Source: Eledone cirrhosa
Lineage: Eukaryota
Reading direction: 5' to 3'
Assembly: GCA_964016885.1 (NCBI GenBank)
Contig: OZ024743.1
Coordinates: 351,230,001 to 351,294,000, forward strand
DNA length: 64,000 bases
The translations under genes were made by a program, and so were the position numbers. The notes beneath the pieces were generated by a model, which was not told the DNA's origin, ran no database searches, and was given only the letters and a program-made list of their open reading frames with translations. Shown here piece by piece: positions 11,361 to 25,496 of the stretch (its first letter is position 1; the number at the start of each line of letters is the position of its first letter).

Positions 11361-11599
11361 TTTCAAACCAGCGAAGGGGTCCCTAAGTAATAGTTGATCT
11401 ACCTGCTAAAATAGCAGCGAAATCCCTATCACTATGCTTTATACCTATGGTCCCATTGCAAATATCTGCTAGTTCAGTTATTACGTTATTGAATGGATAC
11501 ATTCCCAGGCTCAGCTCATCCCATCTATTGTTTATTTCCTCATATAGACATACTGATATCCATCCTATAGCGGAGCACCGGAGTACAACTTATTCTCCA

Positions 11600-11764
<165 letters not shown>

Positions 11765-12399
11765 CTTTCTTGGCAAGATAACAAGACGACTACACATAAC
11801 TAGTTCTTACCTTTCTGCCGAAGAGTCGGCATAATAATTAAGCTTCCGTTACTCCTTTCGGTATGGAAGAAAATAGATTTAATCGCTGAAGATTAGACAA
11901 ACCCTCTTAAAGAAGTTGACCACTCGTGAAAAGCGGATTGTATTACGTGCCAAAGAAAATTGTGGATTAGTTGTTTTATTATTTCTTTATTTTTCATACT
12001 TTTTTCATTTATTTATGCTGTATTACCTTTGAGGTGAAATATTCTATTTGTAGAAGAAAGTCAACAGAACTAAAATACAAGTTTTTCTTTTTTTCAACTG
12101 ATTAATTTTTATGCTAACTTCACCTTAATATAGTACATCGTTAAAACAAGTACAAACGTCATGTGATCTCGCCTCTTCCATACCTCGCAAAAATGATGTA
12201 TTGTTTTGGAAGTTAATGATATGTTCTGTAGATAAGTAATGTAAGACAAAACAATACAACTTTCCGTATATCTAGACAATCGTTTGGCTTTTTTTACTGG
12301 TTTAAATCCCAACATTTTACTTACACTTCTAATACATTTTGGAAAAGATTGAACGTTACAGCATCTCAAATTGATCTCTACTAAAATTATGAAGCCCTC

Positions 12400-12482
12400 T
12401 TAAAACATGTTTATTCAAAACATTGTTTTTTTTTCATGCAACACATGAAAAAAAAACAATGTTTTGAATAAACATGTTTTAA
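12400..12482. repeat. 83-bp AT-rich palindrome
   Basis: TTAAAACATGTTTATTCAAAACATTG(T)nCATG caaca CATG(A)nCAATGTTTTGAATAAACATGTTTTAA. Confidence 0.95.
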
Positions 12483-13398
12483 AGAATCACAAAAGCGGCA
12501 ACTTGGAAAAATACTTTATCGTATTTGTTTTCACTCTCTGACCTCTCAATTCAAATCCTTCAAAGGTTAGCATTGCCATTCATTTAGGTTCGATAAAATC
12601 AAGTACTAGTGAATTGTTGGAATTGCTAAAGAGTCGAAAAATGACTTGTGGTATTTGTTCCCGATCTTTGTGTTCAGAGTTCAAATATTATTGTAGCCCA
12701 CATGGGTGGAAGACTAAACTGTCGCTCGATTTAACACCACCGCCTGGTCTTTGAGTTCCTTTAGCGGAAACTGCCCTATGCTGCAGGCATTCGAGTAGGT
12801 CAGACGTCCGGTTTGAAGTTACCTCCCTTCCTCCCACCAGTTTCAGGGACTCGGCAAATGTTAATAAGCACTACTCTTCCTTCCCTGACTAAACAGTAAA
12901 ACAGAAAAGAAGAAATGTCTCACTTCTAAATACAATTTTCATGGAACTGAAGGCTCGCGACGACATAATATAATAAGTCCCTGCAGTATATTGGGGTAGA
13001 TTACGTCTACTTTTACTCTGTCTACTGGAAAATTGGCGATGTGCCTTCTTTAAAGAAGTTGATCTTAGTTAAGATTGATGAGATATTCAATAATACAGCA
13101 ACTTCTTGCTAGGGCTTAGTGAATAGTCTGTGTACTTTTAATAATTCACTCAATGTATTGATGTATATCCCTACATACATATGCATACATACTTACATAC
13201 ACTCATACACATACATACATACACACACACATACATACATACACATACATACTTACATACACACACACTTACATACATGAGCACATACATACATGCATGT
13301 GCACATACATACATACATACATATATTCTTACAAACATATATGTGTGTGCGTGTGTGTGTGTGTGTGTGTGTGCGTCTGTGTGTGTGTAGATAAATAA

Positions 13399-13481
<83 letters not shown>

Positions 13482-13710
13482 TACATACATGGAAAAGTGT
13501 ATGTGGAGTGAGAGTGAATGTGTGTATGTGTGTAAAATGAGTTGTGCAGCCAACATCTAAACAAATAAACGCAACAGACTGAAGGTTATAGATATATTGA
13601 CCAATTCCTACACTAACATTAAAAAATATATGGAGCCAAATTCGATCAAGAAACACCTAATTTCTTTGTTTGTCATTGTGTACAATAGATATATGTGTGT
13701 GTATATATAT

Positions 13711-13825
<115 letters not shown>

Positions 13826-13829
13826 CAGG

Positions 13830-14112
13830 TGAAGACGAGTAACTTAATATCTAGGGCGTTTGGAGCATGATCGTAAGGTCGAGGGTTCGATTCCTGGTGG
13901 CGCGTTGTGTCCTTCAGCTAGACTCTTTATTTCACATCGCACCACTCCATACATCTGGGAGAAAATGATTAAAATGACCAGCTTTGTCAGATTCAATATC
14001 TCTGCGAACTATGTTATGAGTGCACAGTTTAATTTTACGTTGATTTCACGAACCGTCTGTTCCGTTGATCAAACAACTGGAACAGTCGTCGTTGGAACTG
14101 ACAGAGATCCAA
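13830..14112 (+). mobile_element. Degenerate tRNA-derived SINE (S2-related)
   Basis: GATCGTAAGGTCGAGGGTTCGATTCC B-box, then GTTGTGTCCTT..CTTTATTTCAC shared with 43385-43590. Confidence 0.65.
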
Positions 14113-14154
14113 CACATAGATTGATAGATAAATAGATAGATATTATATATGTGT

Positions 14155-14338
14155 GTGGATTGGCAGTATCGGTAGAGGGTCGGACGCCATGTTTTCCAGC
14201 ATATTTACGTCCCTTTACGATCTGAGTTCAAATCCTGCCGAGGTTGACTTTGCCTTTCATCCTTACGGGGTCGATAAAATAAAGTACCAGTAATGCACTG
14301 GGTAATTGCTGGCCTTGTGCCTAAAGTAGAAACAATTA
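14155..14338 (+). mobile_element. S1 SINE
   Basis: Matches the S1 consensus. Confidence 0.9.
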
Positions 14339-16293
14339 TATATGTGTGTGAGCGCACGCGTTTGTAGGTGTCATAAATACCCTCAAGCACGAAACAACTG
14401 ATCCTTGAGTTACTTGTGTAGCTTATCAGCTATAAAAAATCTTATGTACATGTGTTTCTCACCATGTCAGCCTTCATATTCACACCGTTTAGACAAGCGG
14501 TAATTTTTTTTTTATATATTCCGGACAGACATTATAATCCGCAGCTTAGCAGTACATGCGATACTTAGAAAACTGCTGCAAGAAGACTCATCCAACATAT
14601 GTAACATGGAAAAGTGGGAGTACAAATGATGTTGATAATGATGTTGATATATATGTGTTTGTGTATGTGTGTATGTGTGCGTGTATGTGTATTTATGTGT
14701 GTCTGTACGTGTAAATTATATGCCTGGATAAATTGAAGTTGTGTGATGTTGGGATAGATGAGCTTCTTCCAATCATATTTGTCACAAAACTCTCACATCA
14801 GGATCATATACAGCAACAATTTAACATTTAAAAATTTGTGTTTAGCTTGGAAATTAAAAGCCTCCCAAAATGGTTACATAAACTGATCAATGTTTCTCTT
14901 AATACATTTAGTATGTAGCTAGAGACATTTATTTCCAGCGTCCTGATTCAGTTATCTGTTTCCTGGGATTTCTCCAATTATTCTCAGAAAGCTGTCTACC
15001 GTATATTCTAAAATCCTCCTGATGCTTACACTTTTGTTTTTAGATCAAATCCACACTCTTACCAGACGTGATGTGTCGCTAGAAGATGACTGATCAATTA
15101 TTTTATTTTATATGCACTACTTTAAGCATGCACGACTTTTGTGTATCTTTTTCCCCTGTGTTACTGATTTAGAAAGTCGGGTCTCACTCTCTTTCTCCCT
15201 TTCCCCGCCAAGAAAGTCAATTAATATTCCTATATATTAAAATATCTCAATTAAAAACAAATAACTTTGGGATACTATCAGTTTTTAAAAGTATTTGGAG
15301 CTATTTAAACGTTTAATTAGTTTTAAAATATTTATACAAATGCCTTTTCTGTTATTACTACAACAATTCTATGAAATAAAATAGTCTACCACATCCATTA
15401 AAGCTCGCTCAATGGTCCCTCTTTTCTTCCCCTCATTTTTTCTAATATATGTTGTCTATCTCCTGCTTATCTCCTAATAAAACTTATTCAGATCGTTAAA
15501 CACACAAACAAATCCCTCTGAAACACATCCTTCCACCAAAATTCTGTGTAAATTCACTGACTCTCTGTTTTTGGTAGCTAAATCCAAGTTAACATCTAAA
15601 ACATTGGCATTGGTTAGATTAGTATCAATGGTTGTTTTAAGTCCTAAGTTGCTGAAGGTCTGGGAAAATTATCATGGGATTTGCCGTTGCGGTAGAAACC
15701 AATGTCGTGGTTAAGGAATGTTCCTTTAAGAGCATGATGGATGAATGATCCAACCAAATTTCACACAACTACACTGTTGTACGATTCCATCCGGTGTTTA
15801 ATTTAATCAAAGATATTACAGTGGCTAAAATCCTCGGATAATTACTTAAACTCTAAAAATGAATTATTCTGAGGATGTCCACATACAAATCAAATAACCT
15901 CTCAGCATGGAAGAAAACAGGCGTAGACACACTAAACACCACCATCATGCAAACAAAATGGTACACTAAATTGGTCTCAGGCCTACACGCACATCACATT
16001 GCACCTAAACACGGTTAAATACAATAAACTATACACGTTATATACACGTAAATAACACAACAAAACACATATCACACTGAACGATAAGCAACACAAGTGA
16101 ATATACGGTCTCTAAAACCTATGCTAGTGTAGGCTTTGAAATGTAGGTAGCATGCAGCTGTGTTGAGATTTTATTGACAATAATATATTTTAGATCTGTA
16201 TTTAACATAGATCACTTTTTTGTCTAGTCTGTGGGAACTCTTGACACTACACACAAACACACACACATACACATATATATATAAATGTATATA

Positions 16294-16369
<76 letters not shown>

Positions 16370-16388
16370 TATATAAATATATATAAAT

Positions 16389-16679
<291 letters not shown>

Positions 16680-16767
16680 GCGCATATATACATTTATACA
16701 TATATATGATTTTGTGATATGCCGCCGGCAGGAAAAACACGTCCGTCTGCTCGTGCGCCCGGCAGAC

Positions 16768-16851
<84 letters not shown>

Positions 16852-17535
16852 GTGTGTGTGTGCGCGTATGTTTGTGTATGTGAGTGTATGTGTGCATGAA
16901 TGTATATGTGTATATAGTAGCCCAACATGCGATATTATTTTATCGACAACTATATACGGTGAGATTACATAATTTGTAAGTGTTAAACGTGACTCCTCCT
17001 CCTGTGACTGCATATGTTTTCAAAAACCTGTGCGCATGTACAATTGAATATATATATGTGTAGGTATGTGTGTGTGTTTGAGGGAGTGTGTATGTGTGTG
17101 TGTATGTGCGTGCGCGCGCGCGTGTGTGTGTTCTTGTGTGTTACAAATTGAATGTGTGAATTTGTTAAAAGTTATGATCTATTATGATTTATGTTACACA
17201 GCGTGAAACATCAGCGTCAGCTGAGGGAGGGGGGGTCGCTTCTCTTCATTAAACAACAAATGACGAATCGATATCTAACATAGCTGTCGTCAGACTCAGC
17301 TCGATATTGCTGTCCTAGTTGACAGACACCACGTGACGTTCATTAGTTCCAGGCGTTCAACCTTGAAAATCGAATCTATGACTAATCGATATGAATTATT
17401 GTTGCTTTATTTTTTAGTTTGCTTGTTTGTTTGGTGTGTGTGTGTTTTTTGTTGTTTTTGTGCCTTACTACGATCACCCGATATATGCATATATACGTGA
17501 GTATTTATATGTACATATACATATATATATACGTG

Positions 17536-17588
<53 letters not shown>

Positions 17589-18021
17589 GCGTGTGTGTGT
17601 GTGAGTGTGTGTGTGTGTGTCTATAACTGTGTTTTTTATTTTATTTTTCAATTTTCCGTACAGAGTGATCAAGGTTATTTTGCTCTGATATTTCTTTGTG
17701 ATAAGCAACTTTTATTAGTATAATAATAGCAACAACAACAACAACAGCAATAATAATAATAATAATAATGATTTCATTTATTGGCCACAAGGGCCGACAT
17801 ATAGGGGACAACACAATAGACAGGGACATTGGGGGTTTACATAGAGATCGAGTAAGTATAAATAACAAAAAACAAAATAACAATAAAAATACAACAATGA
17901 AAGTTCCCCAATAAGAGGGATCACCACCCAGGGTTGACTCAAGCACCCCACCAGTCCTGAGCCACCCGACGCTCCTAGGGCACCCGGGAAGGGCACCCCT
18001 CTCCTTCTCGAATTCACCAGC

Positions 18022-21000
18022 CTACAGGCGCATGATCAGAGTAGGCCCACTCACGCGGGCCATTCTCGCCACATTCACCCACCTTTCAGTAAATGTACTG
18101 GGGGGGCAGCACTTCTCTCTCCACCCTCACCTTCCTTTCCAAGTGAAACTTGAAGAAGTTGATGAGGGATTGGCCGAAGAGAAAAGTGTCTGTCTTCAGT
18201 CCTTTCAACCTGGTCCACCATGCAACCTCTTTCGCTACTGCCACCAGGCAGAGGAAAATTGCCTGCCCTTCCTGACCAAAAGAAGGCGGCGGGTCAATCT
18301 TCACTATGGACTCGGACGATAGCCGGATCCGTTCTACACGCGACAATAGCTGTTCGACATAACCCCACAAGTCAGCAATGCACGGACACTGGACGAGTGC
18401 GTGCAGAACGGTTTCGTCGCTCTGCGCGCATCTCGGGAAGGTTCGTCTGACAGCACTTCCGTGCCTGTAGAGTTTATCCCGAACCGGCAGCGCCCCCCGG
18501 TAGCACTGCCAAGCGAGGGATTTCTGGAAGTTATCCATCGTCCCCGGCTCGAAAGTCCTCCGGAACATACTGGTCAGTTCTACTTCGTTGACGCCTAGAG
18601 CCTCTCCTAGTACGTCATCGTACTTGCCCTCCACTAATCCTCTATAGAAATCTTGAGTGGAAGTTCCACTGACCGCATTGCCCACCTTGCAGAGTGCAGT
18701 GAGCGCCTGGCAACATTCCAGATGCCAGTCGCCCAGTCTCGGTCTTTTCTTGACCCAGGACTGCAGCTCAGTCAAAGAGATGAGCTGCGGAAAGGCCCGT
18801 CTAACAAACGGCGACCACACCTGTTCACCGTTTAGGCAAAATATCTGGAGATGTCGCAGCCTCAGCGCATGCCTGCGCATCATTAGCCACGGCATGCCCA
18901 GCCCTCCACGAAGAGGGTGCTGGCAGCAGATGGACCGCCTCACCAACGGGACCCGTCCCCTCCACAAAAATTTGAAAAGGAGCCGTTCCAAATTGGCGAG
19001 GCGTGGACGGGGGCAAGGCACGACGGTCAGGCGGTAGTAGATGACGGACGCGATGTACGCGTTCGCCACCTCCGCCCGCCCTTTCAGTGATAGCTTTCTC
19101 TCAGCCCATTTCTGGGTGAGGTTGGCTATCCTGCTCATCACCTCGTCCCAATTCTTATCCACCTGGAGGTCTGGTCCGAACCAAACCCCGAGCAACTTTA
19201 CCGGTCCGTCTGTCCAGCGCCCAACGACGCTGTTGGACGGCATGGACTTGCCTCTCCAGGTGCCGAGCTGCAAGCCCACCGACTTTTCCGGGTTAAGTTT
19301 TGCTCCCGTCAACCTTTCATATTCCTCCAAATGGGTGCGGATCACCTCGATTTCCGAGGTGTCCGACACCATCACGGTGATGTCGTCCGCATAAGCGGAC
19401 GCAGCCTTTCTACGTCCCGGTTCGAGCGGGATGCCCTGCAACAACTCCAGCTTCCGCAGTAGAGGCTCAAGAGTCAATACGTACAGAAATGAGGAGAGAG
19501 GGCACCCTTGACGGACCGATCGAGAGATCTGAAACGGTTCCGAGAGGTGGCCATTAACTTTGACCACCGAGCAGATGCCGCTGTACATTGCAGCGATCCA
19601 GCTTCTGAAGACGGGGCCGAAGCCAGCCGCCTCGAGGACAGCCTCCAAGTACCGATGGTCGACCCTATCGAATGCTTTCGATTGATCTAAATTGATCAGA
19701 GCCCCACCGAAGCCAGGTTTGCACCCAACCCTCTCTATGATGTATCGCATGAGGTGGAGGTTGTCGTGTATGGACCTGGTCGGGATTGCGCAAGTTTGCG
19801 CCTCCCCAACCAAATCTTTGACGACAAGCGCCAACCTTTTCGCTAACACCTTGGCCAAAATCTTAAACTCTGTGTTGAGCAGGGTTATGGGCCTGAAATT
19901 ATCTAGTGTGTCCCTCTTGTTCTCGTCTTTCCTTATCAGCGTCACTACGCCACGGCTCACAGAACTGGGAATGCTCCCGTTCTGCTGCCAGTTGCAGTAG
20001 AGCGCTTCGAGGAGATTGGAGAACAAGTCTGGCATATTTACGTAAAGCTCGTAGGGCAGACCATCCAAACCGGGTGACTTGCGACTCGAGCAGCCGACAA
20101 GGGCGTCCTGAATTTCGACTGATGTTATCGGCTCTTCGCAGCGCTCAGCGTCGGCCGTCGAGAGGCGTGGCAAGCCGTCGAGGTAGGGACTGAAGTCCGC
20201 CGCCGTCTCCGACTCACCCATCCTCCCGAACAATCGAGCAAAGTGCTGGCGAAAGGCCTCACACATCTGCTTGGAATCGCTCAGTTCGTGTCCATCTCGA
20301 TCCGTCAAAGACCGAATTGTGGTTTTATTTCCACGCTGCGTCTCTGCAAAGCGAGCCCATCGGGCAGCTTTGGTTCCCTCGTTCATCAGAGCACGCGCCT
20401 TAGCTCTGACAATGCAACCTTCGTGTTTCGCATTGAAGAAATGGTCTAGTGCCATTCTCGCCGCTAGCACGTCTGTTGCAATGCCACTACAAATAGCCTC
20501 GTCTAACTTAGCTATCAGCCCCTCCTCCTTTCTATTTTTCTCTATTGCTACTTCTTTGCTAAATCCTATCGAGGTTGCTCTAATCTCTCTTTTGAGAGCC
20601 CCCCACCACCTGTTGTTGACAACCCCCCTGTCAACTTTTGCTTAACTAAGTTGTTGACCCGGTCCCTGTAAGCTTTACGTGCCGGAAACGACATGTTTAG
20701 CTTCCAGTAGCTAGGTCCTAACCTACGTGTCTTATCTAGGTCGACCATACAGATCACAAGCTTGTGATCTGAATAGGCAACCGTTTTAAAATGTGGACAT
20801 CCTACACTATTTCTATCTCTTTTCCTAATGAAAATCCTATCTATGTACGATCTAGATGACCCTATGCGATTGGTCCAGGTCCATACTGGCGCATTAGGGA
20901 AATCTAGTCGGTACCTGTCAGACAGTTGAAACTGGCTGATCAGGTACTTGAGGCTTTTGCACCCCCCGCTCCTATCAGATACTCCCACACAATCCCAGCG

Positions 21001-21440
21001 TGCTTCTAAGATGCCATTCCAATCCCCTATTAACAGTAAAGGGCGAGACGTAAGCAGAAAGTTTTCCAGGCGCCTAAAGAAGTCCGGCCGACCGGCCCCA
21101 GTAGGGGCGTAGACGGCCACCAGTCTAAAGGCACCACCTTCGCTATTGCTCACGTCCAGGACCACCAACTTTCCGTCAGGATCCCGGAAGATTGACCTTA
21201 CCTCGAGATCCAGACATTTCCTAAACAGCACAGCCACTCCACCTCCCATTCCCGGCCGACTAACAGATGCAAAGATCTGATAATCGTCGAAAATCGGCGC
21301 CAGTGCGCGTGTGTCGGAAATTCTGGTCTCGCTGATGGCAATTACATCCATTCCTAGTGATCTGAGGTCGTTGAGCAAGTGACCTTGCTTCCAGGGCGAC
21401 CCAGGCCACGAACATTTAAACTTCCTACTCTTATGGCCAT
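18022..21440 (-). pseudogene. LINE ORF2 (APE endonuclease, reverse transcriptase, C-terminal Cys/His motif) with three frameshifts
   Basis: MAIRVGSLNVRG start at 21440, GDWN, SDHK, FRPITLLN, DQSKAFDRV, RQGCPLS, AYADD, PRC..DETVLHALVQC. ORFs 20566-21378 and 18086-20470. Confidence 0.93.
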
Positions 21441-21895
21441 GCTGGCAGGATGAATGGGAGAGGAAAGGTTTACTTACCTTCCGGGGTCTTGTGAAGGTCG
21501 GGTGGTTCGACCTCCATGGTTTGTGGGGTTTCTTTTGGGAACCCCTTTAATAGTCTTGAAGTGGGTTTTACGTTCGGGGTTCCCACAGCCCGAGGAAAGC
21601 TCTTTCGAATTTCTTTGTATGAAGCGAGCGACATTCGCATCAGAAGCAAATTATCTGGTACGCGAAATGTGCTCGCTTCAAATGTTTCCCCCTCTTTTTC
21701 GATGTTTGTGCTTCGTGCTACATGGGCCATCAATTCCTTGTTGGCCCTTCTGGCAAGCACGAAGTTTTTAATGTTTTGTTGCTCGGGTTTTATTTGTTCG
21801 TGTGATTGTGGTGGTGATAGCTTTGTTAGTGTTGTTTCTATTGTGTCTGCGTTTTGTTGTGGGTGGGGTGTCTGTAGTTTCTGATGTTTGTGTGT

Positions 21896-23380
21896 CTATT
21901 TGTTCTTGTGTCTGTTTAGCTTGTTTGCGTTTGGGGGATTTTGGTGGTTGTGTTGGTGATGCTGTGGGGAAAATGTTTGTGTGGGTGGTGTGTGTATTTT
22001 TTTTTGTGGGGGTGTTTGTGCTTTGTGGATTTCTTTTTTTTTGTGTTTTGTTTTTTGTATTTTGGGGGACTTTGGTTTTCCCTCATCTTCACTGCTGGAG
22101 GATGAGGGGTCTGTGGCTGTGAGCGTGTTTGTGTCTGAGTGAGTGTTTATGTTCTTGTTCGTGTGTGTATTTTGGGAGGGGGGGGGAATGGGAGAGCTTT
22201 CCTCGTTTCCCCCCTGGGTGTGCAATTTTGGTGGTTCCATTGTTGACGATGTTGCTGGTGGTCCTTGTCCCGGCGTCGCCAGCAGTGGAATCTTTCGACC
22301 CCTTGCGCTTTTCAGCAGTTGAGGGCAGAAGGCTCGCAAGTGTGTCGTTTCCCCACAAAGGAAACAATGCGGCCTTTTGCCCTCAGTCATTATATGCAAC
22401 ACCCTCCCGTTTTGGAGGCAGATGTGGTCCGGGATTGCTTTTACGTTTTCGGGTCTGATTTGGAGCAGTATCTCCAGATCAACCCCGGACCAGTCGTCCC
22501 TGGCAGTTCTCGTTGCCTCTACCGGGACTGTATCCGTTCCTTCCACTATTACGCAACCCAGGAGCCACCACATATCAAGTCCTGGTGGAATCCTGGGAAT
22601 GCGCACACGTGCTATTCGTTTTCCCATGTGGGAGGGGTACATTATGACCTTGCTGGTTTTGCAAGGGGTCATTGAATGCTTCACAGCGAGGGCTTCAGAC
22701 TTGAACAGCACCGAAACGGTGCCGTATTGCCTGCCCCTCTCTATGAAGTCTGTGTCCTCTCTGATGTATTTCAGTGCGGCTTCTATATCAGCTTGGGCGA
22801 TTATCGCTGCCCTCTTTGTCTCTACTGAGATGCATCTGAAATGCACCGTTCTTTTTTCCACTGCCTCAATGGCTTCTGCCGGGACAGTTAAGTTTGCCCA
22901 GGTCTGCTCTTGATTTATGATTTTCCAGGCCTGGGCCAACTTTTCCGCTCTGTTGGTTAAGTCGATGCTGTAGCATGGTCTCCTTTTAGCCGCTGCCACA
23001 GCAGCGAAGGTGTTCTTGTTGGTGTTGTCACTGTTGTTGTTCTTGTTGGTGTTGCTGCTGCTATTGCTGTTGTTGTTCTCCCCTGTGTCGTGGTTACCCT
23101 CTGTGCTGTTGGCCTTGTTGGTGCTGCTGCTGTCGCTACTATTACTCTCTGTGCTGTTCGTTTTGTTGGTGCTCTCGCTATTACCACCTTCTGCGCTGGT
23201 CGGCTTGTTGGTGTTGGTGTTGTCGCTGTTACCACCTTCCGCGCCGCTCGGCCCGTTGGTGCTAGCACTGTCGCTGCTTACACTCGTGCTGGTGGCGCTC
23301 CTCGCCCCACCTCTCCTCTCAACGCTCAAGTCGCCGTTGCACGACAGCAGACCCGCCTCTAGGGGGCGTGGCTCCGCCAT
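21896..23380 (-). CDS. LINE ORF1 protein (low-complexity N-terminus, CCHC zinc knuckle); probably continues by frameshift to 21470
   Basis: 494-aa ORF with CFLCGETTHLRAFC. Homologous to ORF1 of element E (FIERGRQYGTVSVLFK vs FMQRAKQYGSISVLLK). Confidence 0.85.
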   Translation of the reverse strand: MAEPRPLEAGLLSCNGDLSVERRGGARSATSTSVSSDSASTNGPSGAEGGNSDNTNTNKPTSAEGGNSESTNKTNSTESNSSDSSSTNKANSTEGNHDTGENNNSNSSSNTNKNNNSDNTNKNTFAAVAAAKRRPCYSIDLTNRAEKLAQAWKIINQEQTWANLTVPAEAIEAVEKRTVHFRCISVETKRAAIIAQADIEAALKYIREDTDFIERGRQYGTVSVLFKSEALAVKHSMTPCKTSKVIMYPSHMGKRIARVRIPRIPPGLDMWWLLGCVIVEGTDTVPVEATRTARDDWSGVDLEILLQIRPENVKAIPDHICLQNGRVLHIMTEGKRPHCFLCGETTHLRAFCPQLLKSARGRKIPLLATPGQGPPATSSTMEPPKLHTQGGNEESSPIPPPSQNTHTNKNINTHSDTNTLTATDPSSSSSEDEGKPKSPKIQKTKHKKKEIHKAQTPPQKKIHTPPTQTFSPQHHQHNHQNPPNANKLNRHKNK

Positions 23381-23604
23381 GTTTTTTTGAGAAAAAAATT
23401 ATTATTTTTCCAAAATAAAGTTCAAATATTTGGGCCAAAAGGCCCAAATATTATGAGTTATTCCTTCACAGGATACAAATGAATGTCTTATAATGCTTCA
23501 GCGGTACAAAAAAATAAACAATTCTCCACAATTAATCCTCAAAAAATTGCTTACTCACGGAGCTTCAAAAAACGTACATCCACTTTCGTCAATAATAATA
23601 ATAA

Positions 23605-25027
23605 TTCAGCAATGATATATGTATGCAATTTGGTATTAGTAAGTGTGGAGTCATTGTGATGAAGAGGGGTAAATTGAGCAGAAGTAACGGAATCCAGATA
23701 CCAACAGGTGAGATGATAAAGGAAATTGACTCTGAGGAAGGATACAAGTATTTGGACGTTCTGGAGGCTGATGACATCAAGAACAAAAAAATGAAGGAAT
23801 TGATAAGAACTGAATACATTCGGAGAGTAAGGAGCGTATTAAAGTCACATCTGAACAGTAGGAATGCCATAAGTGCAGTAAATTCCCGAGCTGTGTCTAT
23901 TATTAGGTACAGTGCGGGAATTCTGAGATGGAATGTTGCTGAACAAAAAGAAATGGATAGAAGACTAGGAAGCTATTGACTATCTACAACATGTTCCACA
24001 AGAGGAGTGATGTCGATAGACTCTACTTAAGGAGATCTGAAGGTGGAAGAGGTCTTATCAGCATAGAGGACTGTGTTCAGATGGAGAAAAACAACCTACA
24101 CAAATACGTGATTGATAGTAAGGAGCCAATGCTCAGAACTGTACTGAAGGAGGGGACAATAGACCAGGGGATGTCCAAGGAGGAAATAACATCAAGGAGA
24201 AAGAGCAGCCTTCAGGAAAAATCCCTTCATAGTACCTTCTTTGAGAAAACTGAATTTAGAGATCCACAGACATGGAACTGGTTGAAAAGAGGAGACCTTA
24301 AAAAGGCTACAGAAGGAATGTTAATGGCTGCGCAGGAGCAGGCCCTCAAAACGAAGTGGTTGAAACACCATATTTACAAGGAGGAGGCTAGCCCACTGTG
24401 CAGGATCTGTAGAGAGAGAGAGGAGACTGTGGCTCACATTGTATCCGAGTGTAAACACCTAGCCCAGACTCACTATAAGGGCTGGAGACATGATGTGATG
24501 GGCACCTATGCAAAGTAAACAATTTACCACATTCTGAGAAGTGGTATGAGCATAAGGCAGATTCGGTGATAGAAAACGATCAGGTGAAGGTGATATGGGA
24601 TTTTAGTATACAGACGGACAAGAAACTGGAACACAATAGACCTGACCTGGTGGTTTTGGACAAAGAAAAAAGATCGTGCCTGATTGTGGATGTGGCCTGC
24701 CCATTCGACACGAGAGCGCAAGAGGAGAGGGAGAAAATTAACCGATACCAGGACTTAAAGTGGGAGGTAAAAAGGATTTGGAACTGCCATGGAGTCAAAG
24801 TGATCCCGATTGTCATAGTCGCACTAGGTACTATCTCAAAAAGTTTCCAGGGATGGTTAAAGAACATTGGCCCCTTCACGCTTTTTGGAACGCTACAAAA
24901 GGCATGCTTGCTGGGAACAGCAAGAACCCTCCGATACGTCCTGAATATCTGAGACTGCAGGTAGTGGCTTGATATTCATTTCAACAAACTTTCTAGTTAA
25001 CTAACATCAATGACTGAGACTCAAAGA
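23605..25027 (+). mobile_element. 5'-truncated Dong/R4-clade LINE (D1) in (TAA)n
   Basis: RLYLRRSEGGRGL, CRICREREETVAHIVSEC, RHD, NRPDLVV..VDVACP. (TAA)n on both sides. Frameshifted. Confidence 0.93.
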
Positions 25028-25051
25028 GTAGTAATAATAATAATAATAATA

Positions 25052-25466
25052 AATAATCTTTTATCTATATACAAGGGAACAATAAAGTAAAAAACAAACA
25101 AACTACGTTGAAACAATAAATGTAAATAACAACACAACAAAAATGCGTAGAGCGAGGAAAAGAACATGAAAAGAGAATTACGAAATATATTAAAGGAGAA
25201 ATAGAGAGACAACCACTGCGCAGCCAATAATCTGCAAGGGTCAACCGAGAAAAATATGTCTAAATGAAAGTAACAACAGAAGGATTCTCGCAGCACTATG
25301 CTTGGCCACATAACTATAAAAACAAATGAATGAAAACAGATCCTCACACCAAATGCAAAATGTGCAACCAACACAATAAAGCGGTTGACCACATCATCTT
25401 CAGCTACCAAGACCTTACCTAGTCTCAATATATATATACAGACATATTCCAGTTGGGAGCTATATT
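25052..25466 (+). pseudogene. Old R4/Dong relic, 5' part
   Basis: Translates to KVTTEGF...KCKMCNQHNKAVDHII...RH (zinc-knuckle region). Continues at 30700-31110. Confidence 0.6.
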
Positions 25467-25496
25467 CTTCTTCTTCTTCTTATTATTATTATTATT

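Larger units (their letters stand above)
17772..23590 (-). mobile_element. Full-length Tx1/L1-clade LINE (element A) inserted in (AAT)n
   Basis: 5'UTR, ORF1, APE-RT ORF2, and 3'UTR ending GTGGCCAATAAATGAAATC(ATT)n. (AAT)n on both flanks (17749-17769, 23591-23604). Confidence 0.95.

Noticed and set aside
11044-11390. His-, Ser- or Met-rich ORFs
   Set aside because: Degenerate (CAT)n repeat open in several frames, with no exon evidence.
18032-23390. Plus-strand ORFs overlapping the LINEs (also 55247-63560)
   Set aside because: Antisense shadows of GC-rich or low-complexity LINE coding sequence.
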